A DNA stretch of 64,000 nucleotides from Paraspadella gotoi (lineage: Eukaryota; Animalia; Chaetognatha), in NCBI GenBank assembly GCA_051294375.1, contig CM119263.1:27034631-27098630 (forward strand). The letters are read 5' to 3'. Positions within the stretch are counted from its first letter, which is position 1. Every line of letters starts with the position of its first letter. The notes below the pieces were generated by a model. It did not search any database. It had not been told where the DNA came from and saw only the letters and a program-made list of their open reading frames with translations. Positions 27,801 through 37,242 of this stretch are shown in pieces. The position numbers were made by a program, and so were the translations under genes.

Positions 27801-29835
27801 TCTGAAACGGTTCTTCTCTATCTCGTTCATCATGTTCGACTGGAGAGCAAAGTCTTCAAACATCTCTGTCTTCCCCATTTGAAAGAGGATGAGCCGCTCG
27901 AGCTTCTTGACCTTCTCGTCGACGAAGACATCGGCCAAGGGTCCCTCCTTCAACTTCATCCAATTGGGATCCTCGAAGATTTTCACGATTTCCTGTTTGG
28001 TCTTTTCCTCGAAGGTCATCTTGATAAGCCCGTTGAGAGCCAGGCAGACGGTCTCCGCGTTGACTTCGGATTTCTTCAAAATCTTCTCATATATTCCGTG
28101 AACGTTTTGAGCGGCGAGGAAGGGAACGTTCTCCTTGACGACGGCGATGCGATTGACGCATCCCATGGCCGCTTGGAGTTTCTCCGTCTCTCCGTCGTCG
28201 TCAAACTTGTTCATCAAACCTATGAGCTGTTTCAGGATGATCGTCTCCGCGGACAAACCCTTGCAGCCGAAATCCAGCATCTCTTGCGGCTTCAACAGGA
28301 GGTAGATCCGAATCAACTTGATGGCGACGACGACGTTCTTGGAGAGCATGCCTCCGCCGACGACGATCTTTTTGACGACGGAGAGAAAGTTTGAGTTGTA
28401 CTGGATGAAAGACTTGATCCTCTCTCTCTTCGGACAAGTGACCAGAATGTGGATGCAGTCGACGAGCTTTTCCGCCAATAGACTCGCGTCGATCCTCAAG
28501 ACTTTTGACGCGCGACACGCCGCCGAGAGAAGCGCGAACTTTTCTTGATCGACGAAGTTGTTGGAGCACGGGACAAGCTTTCCGCAAACCGTCATCAGCA
28601 GAAGCGGCAGCGATTGCAGCAGTGAGTGGAAATGAAATTTGGAGAAGTTGGCGAGATCGTCGGAGGAATCCATTTCGACATCGGACTCCCGGGACAGAAC
28701 GACATCCCTATGAGATGAAGGAAATTCCAAAAATTGTCAATCATTTATTAATTAACACTGATGTCAAATTAAGGCAAGGTTTCTTGCTTATCGTCGAAAA
28801 CTATCTATAGATTGCTTATAATCATGCTAACCTCAAAAACATAGAGTGCTCCAAGCTTTGGTTAAAGACGCACATAACTTTCTTCAACGTCCTCAGGTCA
28901 TTCTCCAGCGTCTTCTGGTCACTTCGACCGAGACAAGAGGAGAATAGATGTCGCGTCCATCGCGAAAGGAATTTAGGAAATGAGCATCGAATGAGGAGTT
29001 TGGCCACGACGTTCCAGTTCACGCGCGATGAGAACTGAGGTTTTGTCACGGCAAATTTGGCGAATTAGAAATAATTGATTTTATACCGCGTTTGAAGCTC
29101 TAATGAACTAGTGAACTAATGAACTCGTGATGAACTAATGATGCGGTATATTTTCGTTTTAAATACTCCACAAAACAATCCGCAGAAATCTTTTCTCTTT
29201 GATAAGTTCCTTATCTTCTCAAAAAATAACCACACTCGGCTCAAATTAAACTTATATGGTGGACTAAAATCCACCAACTGTTCATCAGCGGCCATTGGTG
29301 CCGGAGGCAAGTCATTCGCCTCCCAACCCAAAGGTCCGGGGTTCTAGCCCGGTGGTCGCTTAGCAGTTAAGAGGGACGGGGCGCTAAACCCGCCTGTAAC
29401 ATGGTGCTACAGCCTGATCCGAAGCTCAGGGACTGCTTATATTGAACGGTTCTGTCACTAACACTAACACTAACACTAACTACTTTTGTAGTCAAACCAA
29501 GGCACCTGCTCTGCATCTCCCAGCCCCGACCCATACCTCGCATCTCTCTTTCCAACCAGCATCATCCACCAGTAACACTTTCTCACCCCAACTGGACTTC
29601 CCACCTGCATCTCCGCCATCTTCCTCTCCAAATCCGCCTTCGGGATGTAAACGTCGTCTTCTTCGTCGGACTCGGCCGTCGTGGTCACGGCGAAGAGTCT
29701 GTCGTACAGATTTTCCAAGATGTCGGCCAAATGTTGGTCGAGGGAGACGACATCAGTAGGGTGCGCCTCCAATCGGGCCACGAACTTTCCCACCGCCTCT
29801 TTGAGGCCTTCGCCCAGGCTGATCAAGTCGGCCAT
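21074..29835 (-). CDS. Multidomain protein: ARM-like repeats + RhoGEF DH-PH + divergent TIR-like domain + SAM domain
   Basis: Exons 29835-29605, 29034-28832, 28707-27684, 26477-25453, 25107-~24854, 24627-24298, 21473-21074; phases are consistent except around the indel-containing TIR exons. DH: RQKSVEELFEKEGKYVNDM and LCIDLPWKRLMHYKMFIENI. PH: WGEIRHRDDL...GFVFQHALVFC...KVWTEVLREM. ARM-like: ALNGLIKMTFEEKTKQEI. TIR-like: AVIFSEEHSLPTAMFLSDRLASRGRSVDL. SAM: RWSKGTVVEWMTSHGFHPHVVNFLKDCDGKTILRI. Confidence 0.75.
21590..21690 (-). mobile_element. 3' end of a DINE-1/Helentron-like non-autonomous element
   Basis: On the minus strand: (GAC)n microsatellite, then a GC-rich stem-loop GACCCGGCTTCGCGTCAAGCTGTC, then an A-run. 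Same layout as 56830-57002. Confidence 0.4.
22430..23670. repeat. Three dispersed copies of a roughly 80-bp unit interleaved with (CT)n tracts, intronic
   Basis: TTATTATCGCCATTTATxCCGCGCTTTTTTT...CAATACAAAA..CAAATTTACATC recurs near 22450, 23140-23240 and 23590. Confidence 0.7.
23870..24075. repeat. Degenerate minisatellite, unit about 20-22 bp (TCAATGAATGACTATCATCGCA-like)
   Basis: Tandem units directly visible. Confidence 0.75.
26479..27682. mobile_element. Non-autonomous hAT-like DNA transposon forming a predicted spliceosomal intron (intron 27683-26478 on the minus strand)
   Basis: 8-bp TSD CTTCCGCC at 26471-26478 and 27683-27690. TIRs TAGGCGT...ACGCCTA; the left end TAGGCGTGAAAA resembles the Ac terminus. 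Dense AACCG/CGGTT subterminal repeats at both ends. Deleting the element and one TSD copy fuses the two ORFs in frame (MEAEVAMNLK). Confidence 0.85.
26717..26755 (-). ncRNA. Minimal type I hammerhead ribozyme core (Penelope-like), inside a 43-bp perfect inverted repeat (26664-26706 / 26759-26801)
   Basis: Minus strand reads CTGATGA-A-GACTC-GTAACACTAA-GAGTC-GAAAC-ATGTA: intact CUGAUGA and GAAA boxes, 5-bp stem II and palindromic ACATGT stem III. The closing pairs of stem I are imperfect. Confidence 0.6.
29274..29480 (+). mobile_element. tRNA-derived SINE (Gly-CCC-like head), in intron 1 of the RhoGEF/TIR gene
   Basis: Head 29288-29360 has acceptor stem GCGGCCA/TGGTCGC, A-box-like TGGTGCCGGAGG, B-box-like GGTTCTAGCCC and loop CTCCCAA, but a broken anticodon stem. 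It is followed by a conserved body and an (ACACTA)n tail. Second copy at 53640-53797. Confidence 0.8.
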
Positions 29836-29887
29836 GTTGTTTTCTTTTGTTTTTTGTNNNNNNNNNNNNNNNNNNNNNNNNNCTTAA

Positions 29888-30286
29888 CGCAGTAGGCCAT
29901 ATTTTATACTAAGTACTGAAACCAATAATGTTAAAAAATTTCAAAACAATTTTTTTATTAAGATTTTTTTTCAGTTTGGATTCGTCATAAAAAGTGATAA
30001 AAAAGAAATATACTTCTTTTTTTTTGAAAAAATTCCTTCATTAAGTAGGTCAAAAAATTAGAAAAAAGTTATATTTTAAGCTGAAAAATTAACTTTTTAT
30101 ATATTTAATTATAGTTTTTAAATTTTTAAGCCCACTTAATGAAAGAATTTTTTAAAAATGATTTATATTTTCTTTTTATCAAACTTTTGAACAAGGAATT
30201 CAAATCTGCAACCAAAATTAAGAAAGCCTATTTTGAAATTTTTTCGATTTTATAAGGATATATATATAATAATACAGCCTACTGCG
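29888..30286. mobile_element. AT-rich palindromic MITE
   Basis: Terminal inverted repeat CGCAGTAGGC / GCCTACTGCG, internal inverted similarity (AAAAATTCCTTCATTAAGTAGG vs CCCACTTAATGAAAGAATTTTT) and TTAA on the left flank. Confidence 0.6.
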
Positions 30287-31104
30287 AAAATTAAAAAACA
30301 TAAATATTTTTTTTTACAAATTAAATGTTCACTGATGGTATGTTGTTTCATATTTGACTTTTATAAGGAATATTCGTATTGTAACTTTCACTTTACGCCT
30401 TAATATACATCTTTTCTTACCAAAAATAACAATAATTTTTTACTAAAAATACATTTCAAACATTTGAACTAATCCGCTACTACCATACTAACTTTATCGA
30501 CTAATAAATGATGGACAACTCTGGACAATTACATGGTAAGCTGATTCTATGAATTTGTACTACTCCATACAAATATTACTCGTTTTATTTAATAAAAAGT
30601 ATTGATTTGTACTTGGAAGTTCTATTAAACAAATAATTTATTGCATCTTCAACAATAATTTATGATTCCATCTTTAGGATTAAATAAAGAGGAGAGCAAA
30701 AAATTCGTAATGTAATACTTCTACCCCTCGCTGGTTTTCAATGTTAAAGTCAAAGAAAAAAAAAAAAATTTTTTTTATATAAATTGACAAAGGGGCGAAT
30801 AATAAACTAAAAAACAATCTTGTGCTTGATGACCACGATGATTTACGTTGACCACACAGGACTGCCGCATTGATTCTGAAAGTTTATTGAAAAATTAAAA
30901 ACAAAATCACTTTTATTAAAATATTATGGCGATTTAAAAAATTTTTACCAGATTGAAAAAAGTAATTCTGAAGGATCTGAGACTCGCTGATCGCAGTGTT
31001 GCTGCCCTCGTACTAAGCGCCGCTTGTATTGCTTTGTCGATGATGAAAGAGATTCATTTTATTTAAAATGCGGGTTTATTTAACTTTCGCCGAAAAATGA
31101 GTTT

Positions 31105-32470
31105 AGGCGTTAAGGGTGGTTAGCGGGTTAATTATGGTAATAATTTTAAATTTTTTTTTAATAAAATATCTTTAAAATGGTTTTTCAAAAGACCTAAAAC
31201 CCAGGTTTGGGCGAAAGTAAAATTTTACCAAAATACCAAAAACTACACCTTCTCCACTACCTCTGCCGTGAATCCGCCGCCTACACCCTGTATTCGTGCG
31301 GATCCTGCCGCCACCATATGGAAAGGATCCGCTACCCCACAGGGAAGGAGCTGCTGCTGCGAAAGCAGGGGCTCCCTTGCCGCCGCTACAGGGGCTAACG
31401 TAACCTTCCGCCGGAGCCCGTTGCAGGGAAGTATCTACCACCGCCGAAGGGAAGAGATCTCCGCCGCCATCGCTGCCGCCCGCCGTATGGGGACATCCGC
31501 ATCAGTGTGGACACGTGGTCGCCGTAGGGAAGGATCCTCCAACACGCCCACCAACACGCCACCCGCCGAAGGGAAGGGGATTTTCTTTTCTCCCAAATTA
31601 TAGTCTGAAATTTTCAAAATGTCAAAAGCCGCTGATAACATTCGAAACAGAATCGAAGACTATCATAACTTATTCCAAAAATTTCATTTAGATAGGAACC
31701 AAACATTCTTTATTAGGATTAATATTATCATTAAGATATTATCTGTAATAGATAATTTCTTAAACTCAATGGTGAAAGAAAATTTGAATGTGGAGACGAG
31801 AGAGACCAAGTAAACGAAAGGTTCTGAGGTTAACAAAATGAATGAATATAATCTTCAGGAAGCAAACCAAGAGAAAAAAAATTTTAAACATTACAATTTT
31901 AAATTAGTATAAAGGAGATAATAATCATCAGAATTCACTTGTAATATTTTGATAAATTGCTGACGTTTGTAACGACTTGACTCTCCGCCGGCCTTCGCCC
32001 AAGTTGGAACCCGTCCTCGCGTCGAGGACCCGTCTTCGCGTCAAGACCCTCCTCGCGTCTGAGACCCGTTGAACTTTCAACATCCAGGCTTCATGTGTTC
32101 TGACCTAAAGTTTATCCTCAAATATCCCATTTTTATTTGTCATCATACAAAAATAAAACTAATTTCTATAAAATCATCTTAATAATTATAATAATTAAAT
32201 AAATTCCTTATATGAGATTAAAATCTCGTGAGCATATCAACTAAAGATTTGCCCTATTAGCAATAAATTTGTACAAGAAAAAAAATTGATTAAATTTTAC
32301 TTCGCCGACCGCGGTTTTTGGCGGGTTTTGAAAAAATCTTACCTTAAAAATACTTATATTTTAACAAAAATTTTAAAATATTTACCTTAATTACCCTAAC
32401 CCTAAACCCTCTTAACCCTAAACTACCCTAACCCTAAACCACACCCCTAAAACTACCCTTAACCCTAACC
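31105..32470. mobile_element. Foldback-like element with long (about 140 bp) imperfect TIRs ending in telomere-like TTAGGG variants
   Basis: The reverse complement of about 31105-31235 aligns by eye with about 32290-32420. (CCCTAA)-like repeats at 32390-32470. Related end fragments at about 61100-61185 and 62290-62395. Confidence 0.55.
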
Positions 32471-34284
32471 CCCTTCCTTATGACTATGATATCAATAATT
32501 TTCTCTTGTCTCGTCAACGAACAATTACTTAAGACTTTGTAGTCATTAGCTAATCTTTATTTTTATAATTTTAAAGGGAATGTTTGGCAAAAACAGTAAG
32601 AAACAAAAATGATGAAAATTTTGAGAAAAAAAATTTTTGGATTAATTGATATTATTCTTATTATGACGTAAAGTTATTTTTTTCGTTATGGCTTGAAAAG
32701 ATAGGCCTAAACCCAACAGAATTCGGAGATCAGTGCATGACCTCTGTATATTTATATTGGACTTATACAGTAAATACCGCCAAAAATAAAAAAAATTCAG
32801 AAGGGGGAATTAGACTAAACACCGTGTTTTATTTCATTATTTTTTAGCGAAATCTTTATGGATTTTCTTTGTTTCGGCTTGCGTTGGATAGCCCAAAACA
32901 CTGCAGTTTTTCAGAAATCAATCCATGCGTTTTGTAATATTTACTGCGCTACTGGTTTGGGCAAAAAATTGCTAGAACCAAAATTATTACAGAAACCAGC
33001 TTCGTTCTTTCGGATTTTTTTTCTAATGCGCGGAACTACATATCCATTGGCTCCCATCTGTGATCGTGATAACTAAAATTCAAAATACAAAATTAAATAT
33101 TCAGAAATGAAAAAAATATATGATATCTAAATAAAAACCCTATTCAAGTACATAAAAATTATTAAAAATTCATCACGGAAAAACGGACCGCTGATGCAGG
33201 TAATTTAGGTAAACCCAAAAATACAAAATTGTCAAAGATAAAAATGCCTTATGCCGATATATTGGTTTTTCTATAATACTTAAAAATGCATATTAATTTA
33301 AACTATTTGCGTTTTTCTGGAAAAAGAAAGGAAAGACAGCCAATTTAATAAATCCGAAGAAAAAGCAATTGTCAAAATGTAGAGTGATGATGATTTTGTC
33401 ATAAAGTTAGATTGTCGAGACATGAAATTTATTATTTGGTTAAATTCTCTTTCCAAAAGAAGCCATTACGAATGAAAACCCAGAGGGAAATAAATCCGAT
33501 CATTGTCGCCAGTTATCATTTACGAAGCGATTTGCTCACAAAAGATCGCGAGCCACCAGCCATGACATGAGGCTTCCCGAGCCGTGCGACGCGCCAACAA
33601 AGAAACCTAATACGCCCAGCAAATTCAATACGGCGCCGACGAGCATAAACAAAGAAATCTTAGCGGATTTAATTGAGGAAAAAACATTGATTTGGATTTA
33701 GTCTTTGATTAAATATTAATTGTTTAAATTTTTTTTCCGCGCTCCCCCTAAAAAGGAAACTTCAAACACCCATCTAACTGCTGCATAAACTCTGAAATCC
33801 TCTATCTCTAGGCACGAGGGTATAAAATAACGACTGAATAAACTAGTTTATTGATTGCCTTAAATGAAGCAAGCAAGCTTGCAAGAATTTACGGATGTCA
33901 TTATATCGAATTGAAGCCAAGACAGTGTCTATCATTTATCTTGCTATCCCATATTTACCTTTTGTTGTAATTAAGAGATACGACAGTAGGGAAAAGAAAG
34001 ACATTTAAAAAAAGGCACAAACCAGTCCTCTTTAATTGCACTAAATATTAAAATGTCAAAAGATTTGCTCGCCCGCTTCCCCCCCAGTTGTCATTCCAAA
34101 CCCTACGCTTTCAAATATGCCATATTACACACTTGTATTGCGTCTTGACTATAACTTTTGTGAAACTATTTTTTTAACGGAAATCGAGCGAAAATCTGAT
34201 TATTCCCTCGAGACCCGAACTCGTCTTCCTCGCTAATTTTAACCAATCCAATATTTCCGTTTCTTTTTTACAGTCGTCTTCAGA

Positions 34285-34356
<72 letters not shown>

Positions 34357-34519
34357 TCTCTCTCTTCTCTTCTCTCATTCCCTCGGAAATAAACAACGTC
34401 CTGGAGCTTATTATAATCGAAGTTATATAGCTCCGCCTCTGCAAAGGAGAAGACAAAATCATGAAGGACTAAAGGCGACTGCGAGAGACTCGTTAATCAA
34501 GACTCACTTATTATCGTCG

Positions 34520-34623
<104 letters not shown>

Positions 34624-34849
34624 TCTCTCTCTCTCGCTCGCTCGCAGGCTTTGCCTTGTCTCTTTTTCCAAAAACAATAAATAACACATCAATATAAGCA
34701 GAGATTATTAATTTATTTTCATAATCAGTGGAATAAAAGTTATTAAATTAATTCAAACCTCCTTCATTTCTCCACCTCATTCTCCTCCTACTTCTTTCCT
34801 TTCTCTATCTCTCTCTCTATTCGTCTTCCCACCTTTCCTCACTCCCTCT

Positions 34850-35419
34850 CTATCTCTTGCACGGCTCTTTGAAGTTTCCAAAGTTGAGCCTCATCTGTTC
34901 GAAAAAGAGAAAAGTGAGAATCGTTTGTGGCAGGAGCCTGATCCATGCGGGCAGCAACCCCTTGTAGAACGCCAAGGGTCCCGACGTCTTGAGGGTGTTG
35001 AGAAAGACGTGGAGCACCCCGTTCTGCCCGACGGGGGCGTTCAACACTCTCGTCTTCATCACGTCCAAGGGTTGCGACAGAATGGCGGCGGCCGTGCCCG
35101 CCAGGCAGGAGGAGGTCAAGTGGGTCGCCAGTCCGTCCTTTTGAATCATGGGCATCACGAGGGACATCTTGAAGATATCGTAGAGGCCCACCTGGCGGAA
35201 AGGTTGGTAGATAAGAGAGTTATGTCAACTTTTGATTGGTTTTTTGTTCTTTTTTTGTTTTGTTGTTTTTATGTTTTTTTTCGCTCTTTTTCATTTTCTT
35301 TTTTCTTTTGTTGTTTGCCCTCTTTCTTTCTTTACCTCCTACTATTTCTTTCTTTCTTTTTTTCTTTCTATCTTTCTTTCTTTTTTTCTTTCTTTTTATC
35401 TCCCTTTCTTTCTTTCTAC

Positions 35420-35454
<35 letters not shown>

Positions 35455-36912
35455 TTTATTTCTATCTTTCTTTCTATCTCCCTTTCTTTCTTTCTTTCTT
35501 TCTTTCTTCCTCCCTTTCCCCTCTCTCGCCTGTCCCACAGTGACGACGGTGGCCCTGGACATGCAGATCGTGGCTCCGCTAAAAAGTCCTTTTGGAATTC
35601 CTTCTTTGGGTAAGACTTGATAAGTCCTCGAAACGTGTTTGTAATTCCGTCTTTGAGCTTAGGGGAATTTATTTATAGATTATAAATGGAACATGATGAG
35701 GCGACTTTACCACGGTCTCTCTCTAAACCCTTCCTCTCTCCTTCTTCTCCGAGCCGGTTAATCCACACGGTCACTTTGCCCAGCTTTGGCAATGACCTTA
35801 GACTGACCGGACACAGCAACGGGAACGATAAGACCGTAAGTCAAGTTGGTCCGGGCGATGATAAAAGTGGATCAGGAGAGAGCTCGTCTCATTCTTTTCT
35901 ACTTCTCTTACATCGTCACAATTCTTCACCTTCACCTTACTTTTATTATTACTATTTCGTCTTCTCCAATGAGCTATGTGATTTAATAATAAATAAAGGA
36001 GTTAAATAATTGATTGATTGAGGTTCAGTGTTGTTTGGTTGATTTTTTATTGAATACAAGACGCCGGAATTTAAATTTGAGTTGTTAATCCCCCAAAATA
36101 TTCAATCAATTCCATTCCGGGATTCGCTAATTTATTGTAAAATTTTTCCATTGTTTAACCAGACACACCCGGTTCCACCCTCATATCGTCCTGCATCCGC
36201 ACATTGATCTTCCCGCCAGGCGTCGCCACAAATTCCGCCGCAGCAGCCGGCGAAGGCGGAGGTGGGCCACCTTCTGAAGGATGGTCATATCCGCGGCGTC
36301 GCAAGCCGCGCCCGACGCCATGATACCGTAGATGGCGAACCGCATCGTGGAGTAGGTTCCCTAGGGAGGTAGAAGGGGGGATTGAGGTGGTTTGGGGGTG
36401 GTGGTGGTGGTGGAGGTGGTGGTGGAGGTGGTGGAGATGGTAGAGTGGGGTAGGCAGTTTAACGAATTAAAATGTTAGACGAACATGATAATTGATAAAC
36501 TAATAGTTTCATTTTTTTAAATTTATTTTAGTAGTTATTTATTATACTTATAATATTATATTATTCTATTTTTCTTTGCTTTATCTCAATTATTTTTTAC
36601 TTTTCATTTAAATCTATGTAGATGGCGCGATGGCGTCATCCAACGTGACTAATTTTTATCGGAGGTTGTGGTTTCTACTTCACGACAAGGTGGCAGGTGC
36701 ACCCCCACATGCACCTGACGAAACAAGGAGGCCGAGAGTCCGTTGTAGAGACCCAAAGGTCCATTCCTCTCGACGACCCGCTTCCCCAGCGCCACCATCC
36801 CCAGCTTGGGTCGATCCTGCTGCGTCTGCAGATGTACCTTGACCAGATCGAGCGGATGAGTGAAGCAGGCCGCGCCCATCGACGCCAAGCCTCCCATCCA
36901 CCACTTGGCCAC
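34850..36912 (-). CDS. SLC25A10: Mitochondrial dicarboxylate carrier (SLC25A10/DIC-like)
   Basis: Exons 36912-36715 (KWWMGGLASMGAACFTHPLDLVKVHLQTQ...LYNGLSASLFRQ), 36360-36169 (TYSTMRFAIY...NVRMQDD), 35657-35530 (RRNYKHV...SRATVVTVGQ), 35191-34850 (QPLDVMKTR...FYKGLLPAWIRLLPQTILTFLFFEQMR). The middle exons carry a few indels. The short ATG exon is cut off by the 37233 gap but is seen near 40595-40606 and 44070-44081. Confidence 0.9.
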
Positions 36913-37242
36913 CTGGCGGAAAATGAGAGAGAAACAAAGGGCAGAGCAAAGAGAAAATTGTATAAGGTAAAAATTAAGGTGGTCAATCTAACAGTTCTTA
37001 AACATAGGTTTGATAAATTTACTATTTCGGATCAAATGGCAATACCAATATCATTTATGAATACAATGGTGTGGATTTCCATGGTGTTTTGTCGCTCACT
37101 TTATATAAACAAAAAGTTAGGGTCAAAAAAGATAAGCTTATTAATCATTAATCATCCGTGACGTGTGTTTTTTTTTAAGCTTACATCTGACTCGGGTCTT
37201 AACATTTATGATATTCTCATAAAGGACTCGCCNNNNNNNNNN

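Noticed and set aside
25734-28394. Plus-strand ORFs of 266 and 199 aa
   Set aside because: Antisense shadows of the GC3-rich RhoGEF exons with no recognisable motifs.
29288-29360. Functional tRNA-Gly(CCC) gene
   Set aside because: The anticodon stem does not pair, there is no poly-T terminator, and it is joined to a body repeated at 53640; it is a SINE head.
32390-32470. True telomere or chromosome-fusion site
   Set aside because: The repeats are short and degenerate, and are embedded in a dispersed inverted-repeat family.
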